Both the position numbers and the translations under genes were made by a program. From Octopus bimaculoides (taxonomy: Eukaryota), in assembly GCF_001194135.2 (NCBI RefSeq), contig NC_068984.1, forward strand, positions 27,272,588 to 27,335,929: DNA of 63,342 nucleotides, given 5' to 3'. The notes under the pieces were generated by a model. The model searched no databases. It had not been told where the DNA came from and saw nothing but the letters and a program-made list of their open reading frames with translations. Positions within the stretch are counted from its first letter, which is position 1. Every line of letters starts with the position of its first letter. Shown piece after piece: positions 63,145 to 63,342 of this stretch.

Positions 63145-63342
63145 GGTGCAGGAGTGGCTGTGTGGTAAGTAGCTTGCTTACCAACCACATGGTTGCAGGT
63201 TCATTCCCACTGTGTGGCACCTTGGGCAAGTGTCTTCTACTATCGCTTTGGGCTGACCAAAGCCTTGTGAGTGGATTTGGTAGACGGAATCTGAAAGAAG
63301 CTCGTCATATATATGTATATATATATGTGTGTGTGTGTGTGT
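63145..63342 (+). mobile_element. CORE-like tRNA-derived SINE, 5' half (runs off window)
   Basis: GGAGTGGCTGTGTGGTAAGTAGCTTGCTTACCAACCACATGG...CACCTTGGGCAAGTGTCTTCTACTATC, then internal (TA/TG)n. Confidence 0.85.

Overview
AT-rich, microsatellite-dense eukaryotic (animal) genomic DNA with many assembly gaps. The repeat repertoire ((TA)n/(CA)n/(GAT)n tracts, several tRNA-derived SINE families, RTE, R4/Dong and Penelope-like retroelements, TTAGGG repeats) looks like an octopus/coleoid cephalopod draft assembly; this is an inference from pattern recognition, not a database result. I recognise no intact host protein-coding gene, no rRNA or bona fide tRNA gene and no CRISPR array. Almost all ORFs in the supplied track are translations of microsatellites or N-gaps. 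Well supported: a full-length but inactivated Tc1 (DD34E) transposon (45807-47350), an R4/Dong-like RT fragment (20518-21657), RTE LINE 3' ends, a Penelope RT fragment, a non-autonomous Helitron (6606-7960), several MITE/foldback elements, dozens of SINE copies and a 28-bp minisatellite. Most interesting: several minimal hammerhead-ribozyme motifs of the Penelope-associated type, an 863-bp foldback element with internal telomeric repeats and an 8-bp TSD, apparent (TA)n targeting by an RTE-derived family that creates tail-to-tail inverted pairs, near-perfect long hairpins, and a handful of isolated candidate small exons of an unidentified host gene. Coordinates of degenerate repeats are approximate.
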